Shown in pieces: positions 19,801 through 33,060 of a stretch of 64,000 nucleotides of DNA. The notes below the pieces were generated by a model. That model made no database searches and was not told the origin of the DNA. It saw only the letters and a program-made list of their open reading frames with translations. The stretch is from Tubiluchus corallicola (taxonomy: Eukaryota > Animalia > Priapulida). The stretch lies in contig JAQGDQ010002371.1 of the NCBI GenBank assembly GCA_030141605.1, positions 1 to 64,000 on the forward strand, written 5' to 3'. Within the stretch, counting starts at the first letter, position 1. Each line of letters starts with the position of its first letter. Position numbers and translations under genes: made by a program.

Positions 19801-22800
19801 GAAAATGAGCAGTATTTTATAAATTTAAACTCTACAGCTGTACCTGAACTATAAAACTTTAACTCTGAACTGACTGGTTCATTCTTTATAAATTTTGTAG
19901 GTTGTAGTACATTGTGCAGGACAATTTCGTAAATACTTCTAATAAACAAACGTTGGTTTTCAGAGCAGTTCGTGGTGGGTTACGAGGAAATGACGCTAAC
20001 CAGTTCCAGGGTAATAGTGGGCGTGACACTGGAAGGTTGTGAAAGCGAGTGCGTGAATGCTCTGGATGAAAAGGTATTCATTTAAGCTTTTCCACAAACT
20101 TGTATATATGATACAGCGCTTTTAAAATTGTCTTTGTTTACATGACTATAGTCTCCAATAGTTGAGCATGGTCTGTTTGTAATTGCATGGATGAGCATCT
20201 GAACAAGGGTCATGTTCGGTTATGTAGATTCATACACAAAAGCGGGAACAAATTATCCACGTAAATGTTATTTTGTCAAATTCCTCTATTTGCTACACTG
20301 TTTAGCGTAATTCGTCTGTGTGAGTAATTTTTAAACTCACTTTTCAACGTGCACTATCAAATTTAGTCTGCGTTAGACTAATTTTCGACACAGACCAATT
20401 ACATTTTTTTTATTCCAATGCGATGCTTATTTTCAATTAAATTTAAACGACTGAACCTTAGAGCGGACTTTTCAATCAGAATCTTCTTCAGCGGACTCAA
20501 ACTCGGAGCGTGAAGTTTCTTTATCAACCTTTTGCCTTATTCTGTAGCCCCACACAGAATATTTTCGAAAACAGACTAATTTAATCCAGGAAAAAAGACG
20601 CAAAAAGTACACTTTAAAATTACTCTGTGTGAGACTATGTTTTCGCACAGACTAATTTTCACACATACTAACTACATTAAACAATGTAGCAGTTTACTTG
20701 CAGTGAAGCTTGTAATCTGTTCTATTCCACCATTTCTCCTAATGAAATGCCGGATGGCTCGTAGGAATTCGTTATAAATTCACGTTTGTTGAATATTGAC
20801 TGTTTTTGCAAACGTTAGTATTTTCTGCTTTCCTGATGAATTGTTAAAACAGTGTCAAGTGATGAAAATACGTATTCGTATTTTTCATAGCATGTATCAT
20901 ACGATTTTTGAACTTTCTAAAATCAATATTATTGCGTGATCAATGCCTTTTTTAGTATAAATGTAAAAAGGATAGACAATATTTTTTGACTTAAATGATA
21001 TTATTTAAAAACTAGATAAGATATGAGTGTTTGCCTATTTTAGAATTATTTCTTTTTTAGCTCGTTAAAAATATTGTCGACTTAACATTTCGTTGCTCTA
21101 AGGCATCAGAACTAATTTTTTCTTATTAGACAAAGACAAAATACATGCCTTTTATTTTGATTACAGTGCGAGTCATTTAGCTACTGCCCGTCACTGCTAG
21201 AGTGTCGATTAACGAGTGACTTCATAGATGAAATACCTTCAAGTGGTATGGGTCCCATGGATTCTTGTACCATCTTCGGACGTGAGTGATTAAATTTTTA
21301 TCTCAATAGCGAGGAAATGGTTAATAAATTAATAATTAACTTTCGTATGTGACATTTTCTAATAAAGCTTTAACCGAAACTTGCTGTTTTATCCTCCTTT
21401 TGAGTGGATTGATGAGCTATCGTAGCGAACTATACTTTTGCTTGGTTAAGTAGGATTGAACCAAGACCGAAATGGATGGGTGGCTGCTGAAAGAACTGTA
21501 TGTGAGAGTTTGATCTACTTACTTCCTATGCTGTTTATTTCATTGAGACACCTACACTCACCAGAACCTGTGGCTATGGCACCATTGACGGTTCAGTTCA
21601 ATTTTTTGCCACACCTGTTCAAAATTAAAGTACTTTACTGTTGAATTCTAGTTTTTTAGCATGCAGTTTGCTGAACTTTGCTGAATAAAAATTTTGATGT
21701 TAAACTTTACTGCTTATTCAGTTTGTAACAGTTTGCTTTCTTTGTCCTTTCAACAGAGCTCCTTATCTGGATTTCTCTGATTCCACTTGCTATCTGTACT
21801 ATCGATTTTCTTATTTTTGAGCGTTGCAAAAGGCAGGTATGATTTCTGGTCTCTAATGGATGGACAAAGAATGAGTGAATGAATGATCGGGTGCTTAATT
21901 TCTCAGGTGTATGTTGAGAATTAGAGCTTCGGCCTTCCAAATGGTTCATAATCAGGTGCTAATGCAAAAAATGCATAGTTCTTGCAATGGACACCTAGAA
22001 CTCATAACTTTTGAGAAGTTCATAAGCGAGTCTGAGCTGCAAACCTGTTCAATTTAGCTGAATATCGAGACAGTAGGCAAAAAATGAGAAAGTGCTAGTA
22101 AAGAACTACAAATAAAGAAAAAAGTTTCGCTTTGTTGATAGAAAAAGGCTTTGGTGGTTTTACAAAAAGGAGCGAACCAACCCATGCTATTCGTGGCGGG
22201 ATTTGAATTTTGCTGTGCGACATGCAATAAACTCCAGTATTTTTAAATCTAATTTGTTTGCATTTGAAAACCTTTAGAGTCATAATTATGTTTCTGTCAC
22301 TAATTTTTAGGAAGTTATTTAACTGCTTTTATTCACCATCCCGGAAAAGTTCTTCCTGTCGAACCTGATAAGGTTGAAGACGTAGACACGGCTGATAAAT
22401 GCGCCCAAACGTGCTATAGTGATGTAAGTTACTTCTATTAATAGGTGGCACTTTTTATATTAATTTTTATTATTACATTTTGGACCACTGATGTTCTCAT
22501 ACAATTTTCCTTAGCTTGTTTATCTTTCGATTCAATGCTGCGTTTGTTAAATGAATGGTCACGCATCATTGCACTATTGTTGTTATTTCTTTTTATTAGT
22601 GAATAGTTATTTGTCAAAAATGCTTATATGTTAACAGAGAAGGGGTGGGGAAGGGGCCAAAAGACGTAGAGAATAGATATGAGTGATTGAGAAACAAAGG
22701 ACCTACAAGATCAGTATGCAAACTGTTAAATGATTTGAAACACTTAAACAGCGAGAAAAGTCAACACCTACCCGCCGATTGTTTGTAACTACAAGAATTT

Positions 22801-25800
22801 TCAGAAATCCCTCCTTCAGAAATTTGGGATGATGAAAATGGAATGCCGTATGTTAGAATAGCCTTGTATATGCTTGTATGTCTTTATGACGCAATCTTGC
22901 ACCGTTTTAAATTAAATAAAAAATCTTTTCTTTGAATTGTCCTCGAAATAGCAAGCAAGATGAAATAGCACATCAACGTAAAACTCTAAAATGGTCTTTT
23001 GCTATGTACGCAGTACAAAATATTTCTCTATTAACATTTTGTGTGTCCTCTGATTTCTAGCGAACTTATTTACGCTCCTAATATTAACCGTAAAGACTGA
23101 TAATTCCAGCGGGTGGCATTGGATCCACCTATGGAGTTATCATTTAATCCACCTATTTTACTCCATTTTGAACAGCATTTTTGGTAAACTGACATCTAGT
23201 GGAATAATCGGGGCCACCGGATGAACTCCCAAATTCTAGTCATTGAGTTTGGCAGACTTTCTTTTAATATTTGTTTGATTATTTTCAGAAAGAGTTGCCT
23301 TGTTTGTCGTTCGAATTCTGCTCGTATGATGAACAAGGGACTAAGGACATCGTGCTTACCAAATGTTACATGTTTAAAACACATCTTTTGGATTACGGAT
23401 CTTCGACAAATCTTACAGAAAATGCACCATGCGATTTTTACACTAGTAAGAAATTAAAATGTTGTAGTAAGTTTATAAAATGTTTGTTTTACTCTTTTGA
23501 AAAAGCGCAGTCAAGAGGTCTTTATGTAAAGGCAAATACGTTATTGGTTAAGTATTGTGTAAATACGAATGATGTTCAAATAGTATACGTCAATTTTTTC
23601 GCATGTGCCTTAATGTGCAACTTTTTCCAATACAACTACACTTTTTAAAGGTGGCTCACAATAGGGCATTTCGTAGGCTCTTCGTGGGATTATATAGTGT
23701 ATGAGAAAAATTGGTAAATTTTAATATTCCTAACTATGAAACTACACGAAATATAACAGGATCCTACTTTGCACATCACAAAACATATATATGAACGAAT
23801 TTGTACAAACTACATTTTGCACTATGAGGTCAACATCTTTTACCATTTTAATGGTGACTTTTGTTGGGTTTTATGCATCTGTGTGTTGTATTTTTTAATG
23901 ATCTGTCTTGTGTTCTACGTTTTCTGTTCTGGGTGTATGTATGTATATATAGGTAAATATTTTATTAGTTTCTATTGTAATTTTATAGTATAGCTGAGTT
24001 TTTGCTAATTTGTTACATAACGCTGTGTGCTTTTAAATGTATTTAAATGAAATAAATTTAAAATAAAAAAATAATAAATTTGTTAGGCTGTATATAACTA
24101 TGAGGCGCCTATACAAGTCCTTTAACGTTAAAGGTTGTTTTAATAATTACTCGTGATTTATATTTTTACCCGTTAACAATTTTATTATTATTCCAAAATC
24201 TTTTAGGAGGCTACTTGGTCGACTTTACCAAATACCAAAACAAATCGCTTTATGTAGAAGACGGGTCAAGCCAAGAACTGTATATCCAAGAATCCTATCC
24301 AGATGAGTGTGCTAAGTTTTGTGTAGAGGTTTGTGCTCTAAGAAACAACATTAACATAGACGTTTATTCGTATAGTAATAATATTACAGATAAAACACTA
24401 ATAATAAAGGCTTAAAAATGACTTCGTTTCTAACTCAAGTAATGGTTATAATTGTGTTGACGATGAAGATGAGTGTGTTTATTTTTTATTATGTGTGACG
24501 TTGAAGTGTGTTTATTTTTTATTATGTGTAACGCAAGAAAAGTAAATTAGATCACATGTTAGTCACTTCTCAAAAATTTTTATGAGCTTACAAGAAGATT
24601 AGAGGAAATCCAAAAACCCAAAGGAACTTATTCCCACGGATTGTGACAGTTGCAGTAATGGAATAGTAATGAGAGCAGACAGGTCGACTGACAGATGGAC
24701 GTAAAGATAGATAGATGGATAGGTAGCAGATAGATAGGCAGGCCTACTAGTAGAGTACCATGGGCTATCCATGCGTGCCTCTGATTATATGGTTATACGG
24801 CATTTTCTCACTTGATGAGTGAATGGCCAGTTTCTCGACAGTATTTAGCAGATTCTGGATACCTTGTCTGCAGTATCTTACACGTTTGTATGCGTTTAGC
24901 AGAGAATAATAATATAGTTGCTACTATACGCTATTTTTCCTAAGCTGGAATTACCAAAACTGCTCGCACTTACAGGTCAATGTATTTTTACTAAAGTACT
25001 GTAACAAAATCATTTACACTTTATGTACGTGAATTTTATGTGTATGAAGCGCAGCCATATTTAGATACTATCACTAAGTGAAATATCGACCTAGGCTAAA
25101 GAGCTACATTTACTCGCGTTAAATGCAAAACCATTTCTATGTTTAGGAGTCCAACTTTGACTGTCGCTCGTTCGATATGTGTACAGGACGTCCAGGATTA
25201 GTTGCAACTTACTGCATACTCGAATCCGCTAATCTCCAAGATTCCAATGCACAACTCGAAGACTACATGTTATGTGATCATTATTCACGTATGGATTTAA
25301 ACAGTTTTAGTATCACTAAGTATTGTCAATTTTAATCTTTAAAACGAATTCACAGTTGTGAAAACAATGTAGCTTGTTTTCCTATTTCACTCCATAAGCG
25401 TAGAGTTTGCCAGTCAGCACAGTATTAGTAATTTTAATAAGCCTTCATGCAGCTTACTGATTTGGCTACGTAGCATTTTGAATCTTATTTGTAGAATGCA
25501 TTCTTATTTCTAATTATTCTTCCGATGTATGTGTTTTTCTAAGCCTTTCTACAAAATCATCTGTCTAGCGTTAGTAAATTTCCAACGGCATTCTGCCCAG
25601 ATGTAGGGTGTGAAAGATTTTAGGTTATTTACTTTAGTGTTCACTCATTCTTTACCCTACCCCCCCCCATACTCTCTTTTTAAACTGTATTCATGTGGTC
25701 CTGACTTGGCGTCTTTATGTCATGTTATACTGACAGGGCAAGCTTACCTTGTCTTTTGGCAGTCTGTTCTTGGCTAGGAAAGTTGTTGTTGTTGTTTACC

Positions 25801-28511
25801 CAGTTAAACCATTTATTTATCAAGAATACCAGAGCCATGATGATGTTACTCAGTGTTTCATTATTACTAATAGCTTTATTTTTAAGCCCAAATTAGTTTG
25901 TTATATCTTGTTATGATTTTCTCACAGGTAAAACGTAGTAAAGCTAGTGAAACATGATTTTTTTTACTTTGGGCATCATGAAGTAACAGTCTCTCACATA
26001 GGGCTTATATGTACCTGTGAGCCAGTTCTTTTATAATAATTAGTATAGCCTCCTTAAATGAAGCACGAGGCAGCTTTAGTGGGAAAATATTAGTAAAAAA
26101 GTTATAACCAATTAGTAATAAAAGGAGGTTTAATTGCAGTAAATGTAGTAACAGTTTGTTTGTGTATACTTAGTAACAGAGCTATCTGTTTTTTGAAAAA
26201 CCGGTTGATATTAGCGAAGTGTTGGCTTTGATGCGTGCTTTAGTAATTTGTGCATGGTGTCATTTGTGCAGATTTGGTTGGTTCGCCAGTTGCACTTCAC
26301 TCTGATTACCAAAGTGCACCATTGCGTCTTTCAGATTTTCGGAAGACGAAACAATGGGTTACTCGTTTATTGATTTTTTTCTGCTCAACTATCTGGATAT
26401 GTCATTTAGAATGCCATTTAGATTGTCACAGTATCCTTTTGATGAATAAGTTTATTAGAACGCCGTTTGGCGTTGCCATAGAATTCGTTTTGTCGCAAAA
26501 TTTAGAATAAAATTTACTCCATTGTGACGCCACAGTATAAAACTGGCTAAGAACTTATTGTTATTGTGGGAGCAACAAGAACGAGACCGGCTTCACGGCG
26601 AATAAGATCTGGCTACAAGATTAGCTTGCCAGCGAGTAACCGAAAACCAATGAACTGCAATAATTGATGGAAGTTTTGGATGTTTTAGGCGACCGATATC
26701 TGGATGGAACACTTGTAGGGAGTAATTCACATATGGTATGTGAAGTTAAGCCTGACAACGAAACCATTACTCCAACTGAAAACCCACCCGGGTTGTCTAC
26801 AGGTATTTGTTGTAAACTACTAAAAAATTAGTAAATAGTATGATCTTCGAAGAACATGCTTTTATAAGTCATAAAATCATCGGATTCGTATGCATATGTT
26901 TGTGTGACAGTTTGTGGGAATAAAACTAACATATTATAACTAGTCTAGGGTAATTTAACGTCAGTGTCTCAAATCTAAAGCTCGGCTCACATGTTCTCCG
27001 TGAGTGTGAGCGACTAAACAGGAAACACTAAACAGACAGAGCTCGTAATTTACTAACATAACAGGGTAATCATTTCTGCTAATTTCATCACCAAGCGTTT
27101 GGGTTCATGTTGGGGCAATTCTCCTATAGGACCCGATCATTTTACTAAACATAATCATCGAGTTGTTAATCGTAAAACGTTTACACTAAGTTTGAAATAG
27201 AACTATTAAACACACGGATGCTGTGCAAATCATGCAGTATATTATTAAACAAGAACAAAGCAAAGAACAATTGTACATAGAGGAGAAAACAATACCTACT
27301 ACCTACTGGGCCCAGATTTAACAAGCAGCAAGGAGTATACTCATGTTTATATGTAGTTCCCGATGGCCGGCTCTTCCAGGATGCACCAAGGACGGTTTAC
27401 AGTCCCAAAGCCACGATCCCCTACTGGAATAAGGAGGAGCTCCACAATGTAGCCGATCCATGAGTCCTTACACGCCACAAGTAGTTTAATCTGGAATCGT
27501 AGTTGTATCTCTGCGTCTCCTCTACCGCCGAATAGCGTAACCAGGATACTGTGAACTCCACCACTATGGGAACACTCCACCAATGCTCTGAAAGTTTCAG
27601 AATCCCTCCCAGGGTGGGTTGTCCAAGAGTTCCTCTAAGTGAAATATGACAAGGCAATTACTTCACTCCTGAGTCGTGCTGGTGCTACGTAAACGGTGTC
27701 GATACAACATTGTGCATTTAACTATTGTCTCTCACAGGACATCAACTGAATTTTGCCATTAATGCCAAAATAAAACTCATAGACAAAACGTGTCTCAAAC
27801 ATATGACGAACAGAAGAAAGGTACCAACTATGGTGACCAGGTAAAAACGGCCTAGATAGACATCCGTTTAACAAAAAATTCGGTACCTGAATGAGGTGGG
27901 CAAACATTAGCCTAGATGGAATGACCTTGTATATAATGCATAGTATCCAATGGCTTCTATACTGTTCAAAATCTTATAGTGATGAATGGCCTTGTATATC
28001 GGCCAGTTAGTTAGCGGTCATGCATCGCATGGCCGTGACAGTTTGTATAATGCCTAATAAAATTTTAAGCTTATTTGCTTGTTATTTAGAAAATTTTGAC
28101 AGTATAGTGGGCGTATTCTTGAACATATCTTACTATACTGACTGATACTTCCAAATTATACGTCCATTAACTACCTGATTAGGTATTTTTAGAAAATCGA
28201 GTATTTCTTAGCATATTTATTTTCGTTTTATTTTGAAGTTCTTTGGCACGTGAGGGGCCATTAGAAAAATGCACAGTAAATCAGCAGCTTACTCTGTTTT
28301 TGTTCATTGACAGTTAGTGCTGTTTAGCTTCGTTTACTATTAAAAACTGATTTAGACTTTAGAAGTGCTGCAAGTCACAAGCGCATAACAGAATTTAGCC
28401 ATTGTAATGTCTAATGTTTGTTTTCAGGTATATTAGGTTTTACTCTGCCAGTGTCTTAACAGTTAATATACATAATAGTATGCGTGATTAGCATATACAT
28501 ATAATAAATAT

Positions 28512-28555
<44 letters not shown>

Positions 28556-29645
28556 GGAGAGAAGGAGAGAGAGAGACATAAATTTTTTTTTATTTTTGGG
28601 TGCGTTACATACACACTGTGATGGTCCAGTAGGGAATCACTAGCCTAACAACCGTGCACATTGCTGATGATGAAAAGATAAAATTTACTTTTTTTGCCTT
28701 TTTAATTTAATTTGGTGTTCTACAAAATTGTATTTTGATCTCATAAATTACTACCTCTGGTAGCTAGGTCACTTGGGTGGGTACACGAGTATTCCATTGT
28801 AGAGGAAGATCTTTACGTTAAAATTAAATCACTGAAGCCAGACGTTCACGTGAGCAGTGCGACCTGGATTTTTTTACCTGCCGATTGTATGCCATGTAGT
28901 ACTAGAGAATGGTTTTCCTTTGTTAAACGGAGGTACGTCTATACGTTAAGTACCTTCCGTCTTGTATCCTGTCTCAGTTTGATGTCAAGACATGTGATGT
29001 GGTCCCTGAGTTCTGGTTCAAGTTTCACGGACCCGAGGAGACGTTAGCAGATCACAGAAAGACGTAACGGTATACTTAGACGTACTTCTACTTAAGTTAT
29101 TACTCTCGTAAATCACCAATTGCTAATTGCCATTTGTTGGGTTAACACCATAGGGATGGTAGACTGTTAATCGGTCAGATTCACTTGAGGAGTGTTATCT
29201 TCACGTAGGCGTTAAAGGAGATCCTGTTATCTTCACGTAGACGTTAAAATGTTTACCACGTTGGGAACGTCGTCTGTGCGACACTGTCATGCAAAAATCT
29301 GTAAGCTGTGACTGTCAGTGTGAACCGTTGTACCGCCAGTGAATACTCAGCAAAATCCGAGTAGATCGCCAATATTCTGGGGAAATGGTTTTCCTTTTTT
29401 GTATATTGATGTTCATTGTCATTTTTTTGAATATTTGGAATCTTATTAAATTTGTTGTAACATGTCATTACTTGCTTATCTTATATGTACATCTTGTGAA
29501 CATATCTTAAAATTAGCATAAATAATTAGTTTACACCTTTCGGCACACGCTACGTCAAAAGGTGGTTTTCGGGTATCTGCGGCCTTTCGCCCGAACAATC
29601 ACACATACATACATACATACATACATACATACATACATACATACA

Positions 29646-29681
<36 letters not shown>

Positions 29682-29859
29682 TGAAAAAATTTTCATGGCT
29701 AGTCTATTTATTATACTTTTATTTGTTCCTATAGGTGGTGCTGTTGGGTTGGCTTTTGGCATGATACTGTTGGGCATTTTGTTAACAGTGGTAGTTCTAG
29801 CTGCATATATGAAATACACGGGAAAGCGTTTTGATGGTATGAATACGAGACTTATGTAA
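13847..29859 (+). CDS. Multi-exon type-I membrane protein: ependymin/LolA-like repeat, SEA-like linker, 4 PAN/Apple domains, TM (5' end incomplete)
   Basis: Phase-compatible exons: 13847-14034 (GC donor), 15165-15278, 15801-15854, 16130-16262, 16849-17010, 17674-17925, 18305-18324, 18883-18937, 19964-20073, 21167-21281, 22311-22423, 23289-23445, 24207-24328, 25147-25288, 26689-26802, 29735-29859. No stops when joined. [16 protein letters not shown]...TWEYYF motif, four C-x3-C...C-x-SF-x2-C...C PAN patterns, [27 protein letters not shown], and AATAAA at ~29942. Confidence 0.88.
14303..15054 (+). mobile_element. Internally deleted Tc1/mariner element with a transposase C-terminal remnant (intronic)
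   Basis: ORF 14596-14835 ([12 protein letters not shown]...[14 protein letters not shown]...[24 protein letters not shown]) matches the Tc1/mariner C-terminal pattern. Imperfect TIRs GGCGCAGAAAAATATGC / GCACATTTTTTGCGCCACTG. Confidence 0.78.
15443..15663 (+). mobile_element. tRNA-derived SINE with a Meta-domain-like core and (TTA)n tail
   Basis: Degenerate A box and a B-box-like GTTTGAAACC, then CAGACTTTAAAAATGGTA...GCTTGGCGC resembling the Meta-SINE central domain (from recall), ending in (TTA)n. Confidence 0.65.
17674..17925 (+). CDS. PAN/Apple domain 1 exon
   Basis: [23 protein letters not shown]...CYLY...CDYY, with ttttcag| acceptor and |gtaagt donor. Confidence 0.9.
18040..18095 (-). 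mobile_element. tRNA-derived SINE head fragment
   Basis: Minus strand reads CTAGTGGTTAAAATGTTAGG...GGTCACAGGTTCAGACCCCAGCC, with A-box-like and B-box-like motifs. Confidence 0.5.
19964..21281 (+). CDS. PAN/Apple domain 2 (exons 19964-20073 and 21167-21281)
   Basis: [17 protein letters not shown]|[15 protein letters not shown]...CTIF, with canonical splice sites. Confidence 0.88.
20293..20689. mobile_element. Intronic MITE with ~37-bp imperfect TIRs and internal ACAGACTAATTTTC repeats
   Basis: GCTACACTGTTTAGCGTAATTCGTCTGTGTGA compared with the reverse complement of the right end, GCTACATTGTTTAATGTAGTTAGTATGTGTGA. Confidence 0.7.
22311..23445 (+). CDS. PAN/Apple domain 3 (exons 22311-22423 and 23289-23445)
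   Basis: [12 protein letters not shown]|[11 protein letters not shown]...CYMF...CDFYT. Confidence 0.9.
24207..25288 (+). CDS. PAN/Apple domain 4 (exons 24207-24328 and 25147-25288)
   Basis: [11 protein letters not shown]|[12 protein letters not shown]...YCIL...CDHYS. Confidence 0.9.
24746..24918 (-). mobile_element. Short non-autonomous Helitron-like element
   Basis: Minus-strand 3' CTAGT preceded by a CATGG-n5-CCATG hairpin; the 5' end resembles CTATATTATTA. Confidence 0.45.
27340..27910 (-). mobile_element. Decayed RLE-type (R2/NeSL/Hero-like) non-LTR retrotransposon, 3' fragment
   Basis: Frame-broken motifs in the expected order: FLLNGC...PGHHSW (cf. HILSGC..QGRYxWRH), IVVEFTVSW...VEETQRY (cf. 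IELTVPWEE..EEAHERK) and [12 protein letters not shown]...IPVGDRGF (cf. C..GW...PVEVGCRGF). Confidence 0.6.
29250..29675 (+). mobile_element. Probable SINE 3' portion ending in (TACA)n
   Basis: GGTGGTTTTCGGGTATCTGCGGCCTTTCGCCC is directly followed by a long (CATA)n tract at ~29603-29675. The left boundary is uncertain. Confidence 0.4.
29735..29859 (+). CDS. Transmembrane and short cytoplasmic tail exon
   Basis: ttgttcctatag| followed by [41 protein letters not shown]. Confidence 0.88.
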
Positions 29860-32800
29860 ATGTTTGCTGTGATAAATTTTAGTACTTCGAGGTTTGTCAA
29901 ATCACCGATTTGTGATCAGATTGATCTTTTAAATTGACTGCAATAAAAGCACGCAAGCTTTAAATTGCAGTCAGTAATACCGCATGAAACGTCTTTAAAA
30001 TAGATGTAAAGACATTCAAATAAATTTACCTGCAACTAAGTAAAACTGTTTTAAACGTTGTGGTAGGATGTTTCATTCTAGTTACTAGTAGCATGTAGGC
30101 CTACTTGTAATAACCATTGATCTGAGATCTGTATAAGGTAATTTTGAAAAGTCATTTTCAATATGTCTCTGCATAAGTTAACGTTACACGTGTAATTATT
30201 TAAATCACAGTGGTGGGCATTTTCAGTTGTGCAACATTTTTAATTTAAACTGTTGATCATTTAAATTCAAAGTGCATTTGACTTTATAGTAATAACGTGC
30301 ACTTTTGTTATTTGATTTGCTAATGTCATTTCGGTAAGAAAGCAGGTATAGATATAGCTTTGCACGAAGACCTGCATTTCGAATTGATAATTTAGTGAAT
30401 GTAAATTCCATTGGTAATGTAATTCGTTGAATTAGGAACTGTAGGTTAATCAAGGAGATGCTTAGATTATGCTCCTTCGTATAAATTAATTTATTTTTAG
30501 CTATATTTTCAACTATAAACAAAAACATATCAACATAACGGTGTAGTACTGTTAGCATTTTTAAGCGAATATTCACCTGCAAATCTTTCTGTTGCCGGTG
30601 CTCATATTTTGCATGACAGTGAGCGCTTCCCCACCAGAAACTGGTGTTTACTATGTTAATGGTACCATCAATAGAAATCAGCATCGAACTAACAGAAAAT
30701 TAAGTGCACAATTTTAACAATATATTTGCAAAGTTTCTTGCTTAATATAGACATTTGGCTTGTTTATTTATATGTATTTTTTGTTAACTATCGGATTTTA
30801 TTTCGGACTGTCAATAAACAAAGCATTAACTTCAGCGAACCAACATATTTTTTTACTTTTTTCTGCTTATTTTGTAGTGTTTAAACAAGTTTAATATCCT
30901 GCGTTAATTAATTTTTAGTGCCAATCTATTTGAATTTCAAATATATTTAGATGTCATTTCCCTATGCTATTCGGGACGTGGCAAATAGTTGCAATAAATT
31001 CAAGTGGCCACTAATGCTTAAATAAAAAGGCAGGCTAAATACATCCCACCGAAGCAATTTCAGAGTAATAACACAATTTTATGCCCTCGGTTACTGTACA
31101 AGATTAAATATTGTTTGGTCTAAACTGACAATAAATACCGCTTCAAATTGAACACAAAGTGCGCATGCGTAGTGGAAGCAGACGCCCAAGGGACTCGCAT
31201 TGCAGGTAAATGTAACATGCTTACTTAGCATTGCATCGCGTCAGCGATGATGGTACATTAAAGAGCTTTACTGATTATATAAGGGCAAAACCTTTTTGAT
31301 GAACATGTGGATGTGATATGACAGAATGGACTGATATGCGCTAAATGATTTAAGAAAATATTCCCCAGTCTGCAAATATAATTGATAAGTTGCAGAAAAG
31401 AGAAGGCAAAATGATGAAAGGAGTTTGTTTCGCTTCCATTGCTCTACTTCTCTGCGGTATTTCAGCAGGTAAATTATTGGTGTGTATATACATATAATGT
31501 ATAAAGTCATTTAAGACGATAATATTTTCTTTTAAAAACAAATCTACAATGTACTTGAATTGCGCTGATGTTAAAAATATATGTAACCAGTTGAACCGTT
31601 TTGACTGTGTTAAAAACTGTGGTAAGATTCTGCTTCCGTGACATGAGATACTGTAAATGACAGCATTTGTTTTTCAAATAATTTTTTATAGTAGTTATTA
31701 TCATGTAGGCAAGTACTGTTGTGCTTGACATTAAAAGCTCAGTGAAATCAGAACGTGTTCATTTTCCACGAGCGGCCCATAAGTCAAGGCTCTGAAGGGC
31801 ATAATATTGCCTGCCTTGAATTCGCCGGGCTTGATTCCTTAGGGATTGCACTTAGCTTTAGAAAATCGAAACTATAATTTTTTAATAGATGCCCAGTCAC
31901 CAGTCACCAATAACTAACTCATGTGTTGCTTTTCTTTGCAACCAAGTACACAACGTGACCACATGGGTATTCTCTTCCGCAGTTATCAGTGAGTTTCAGA
32001 AACTTGCAAAAATGATTTTACTATCAATTGTAATTAAACATTAGCACATTCAAACCCATTTTAACGCAAATGTAAATTAGTATGATTTTGTAGAAACTAT
32101 AGGGAAATCACCCAAAGAATGCATAATAAGACAAAAATGTATCCTTAGTGCATACACAATAGGCCCTGTATTACTACTAATACTATATTATCTTAATGTT
32201 ACTTTATATAGTAATTATGTAAAATATAAGTGAATTTCTTGTAAACGTATACATACGAAGATGAGATGGGACGAGATAAGATAAAATTTATTTTGTCATG
32301 GCAGTTGTCGTATATTAGTGATGTATGATTTCCGCAAGACAGAATGATCTATCTTCTTCTACTTAATTTGGCTTACTATGTTTATGTTTAAAAGAAATTT
32401 GCTATGTTTTACATAGTAATATTAAGTTGGCCTTATACTTAAAAGTCTAAACTGTTTGCCACTAGAACAATATTGGTTTTTTTATCATGACACATTATTT
32501 ATTAACCACAAATGACTCTTATACTGCAACATATACAAAAGTAGGCGTACAATATTGTACGGAATTGTTACATCTGATATATCCTTTATTATCATTTTTG
32601 ATTTTTCACATTTTTCTTGTAATAGTATATACGAGCTATGAGCTGTGACAGGGTTATTTGTCAGGCTTGTGCAGCAGGCTTCATCAATTTATTGAATGGT
32701 TGTCGCCCTAATGACACTGTAAAACTGTAGAGTTATGGCGTCTTAAATCAGGGATTCCAAATCTGATATCGATGTGAGAAAGCGAGAGGAGAGACGCAGC

Positions 32801-32939
32801 CGGTAATTACGAGGAAAAGAAAAGCAGCGATACGCGAGTGGAAAATTCAAAGAACCCGAAAAGAGGAAGAGTATCAACACAGAGTATCAACACAATGATA
32901 CTCGTCAATAGTTTTTTATTATTGATATTGGTTAAAAAG

Positions 32940-32996
32940 GGAGAGGAAGCTAGAGAGGGAGAGAAGGAAAGAGAGAGAGAAAGACAGAGAAAGAGC

Positions 32997-33043
<47 letters not shown>

Positions 33044-33060
33044 GAGAGAGAGAGAAAGAG
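32940..33060. repeat. Imperfect (GA)n microsatellite
   Basis: Directly visible. Confidence 0.9.

Noticed and set aside
30223-30684. 153-aa minus-strand ORF, and most other 60-130 aa ORFs from 30 to 62 kb
   Set aside because: No motifs, splice context or protein-like composition; consistent with chance ORFs in AT-rich DNA.
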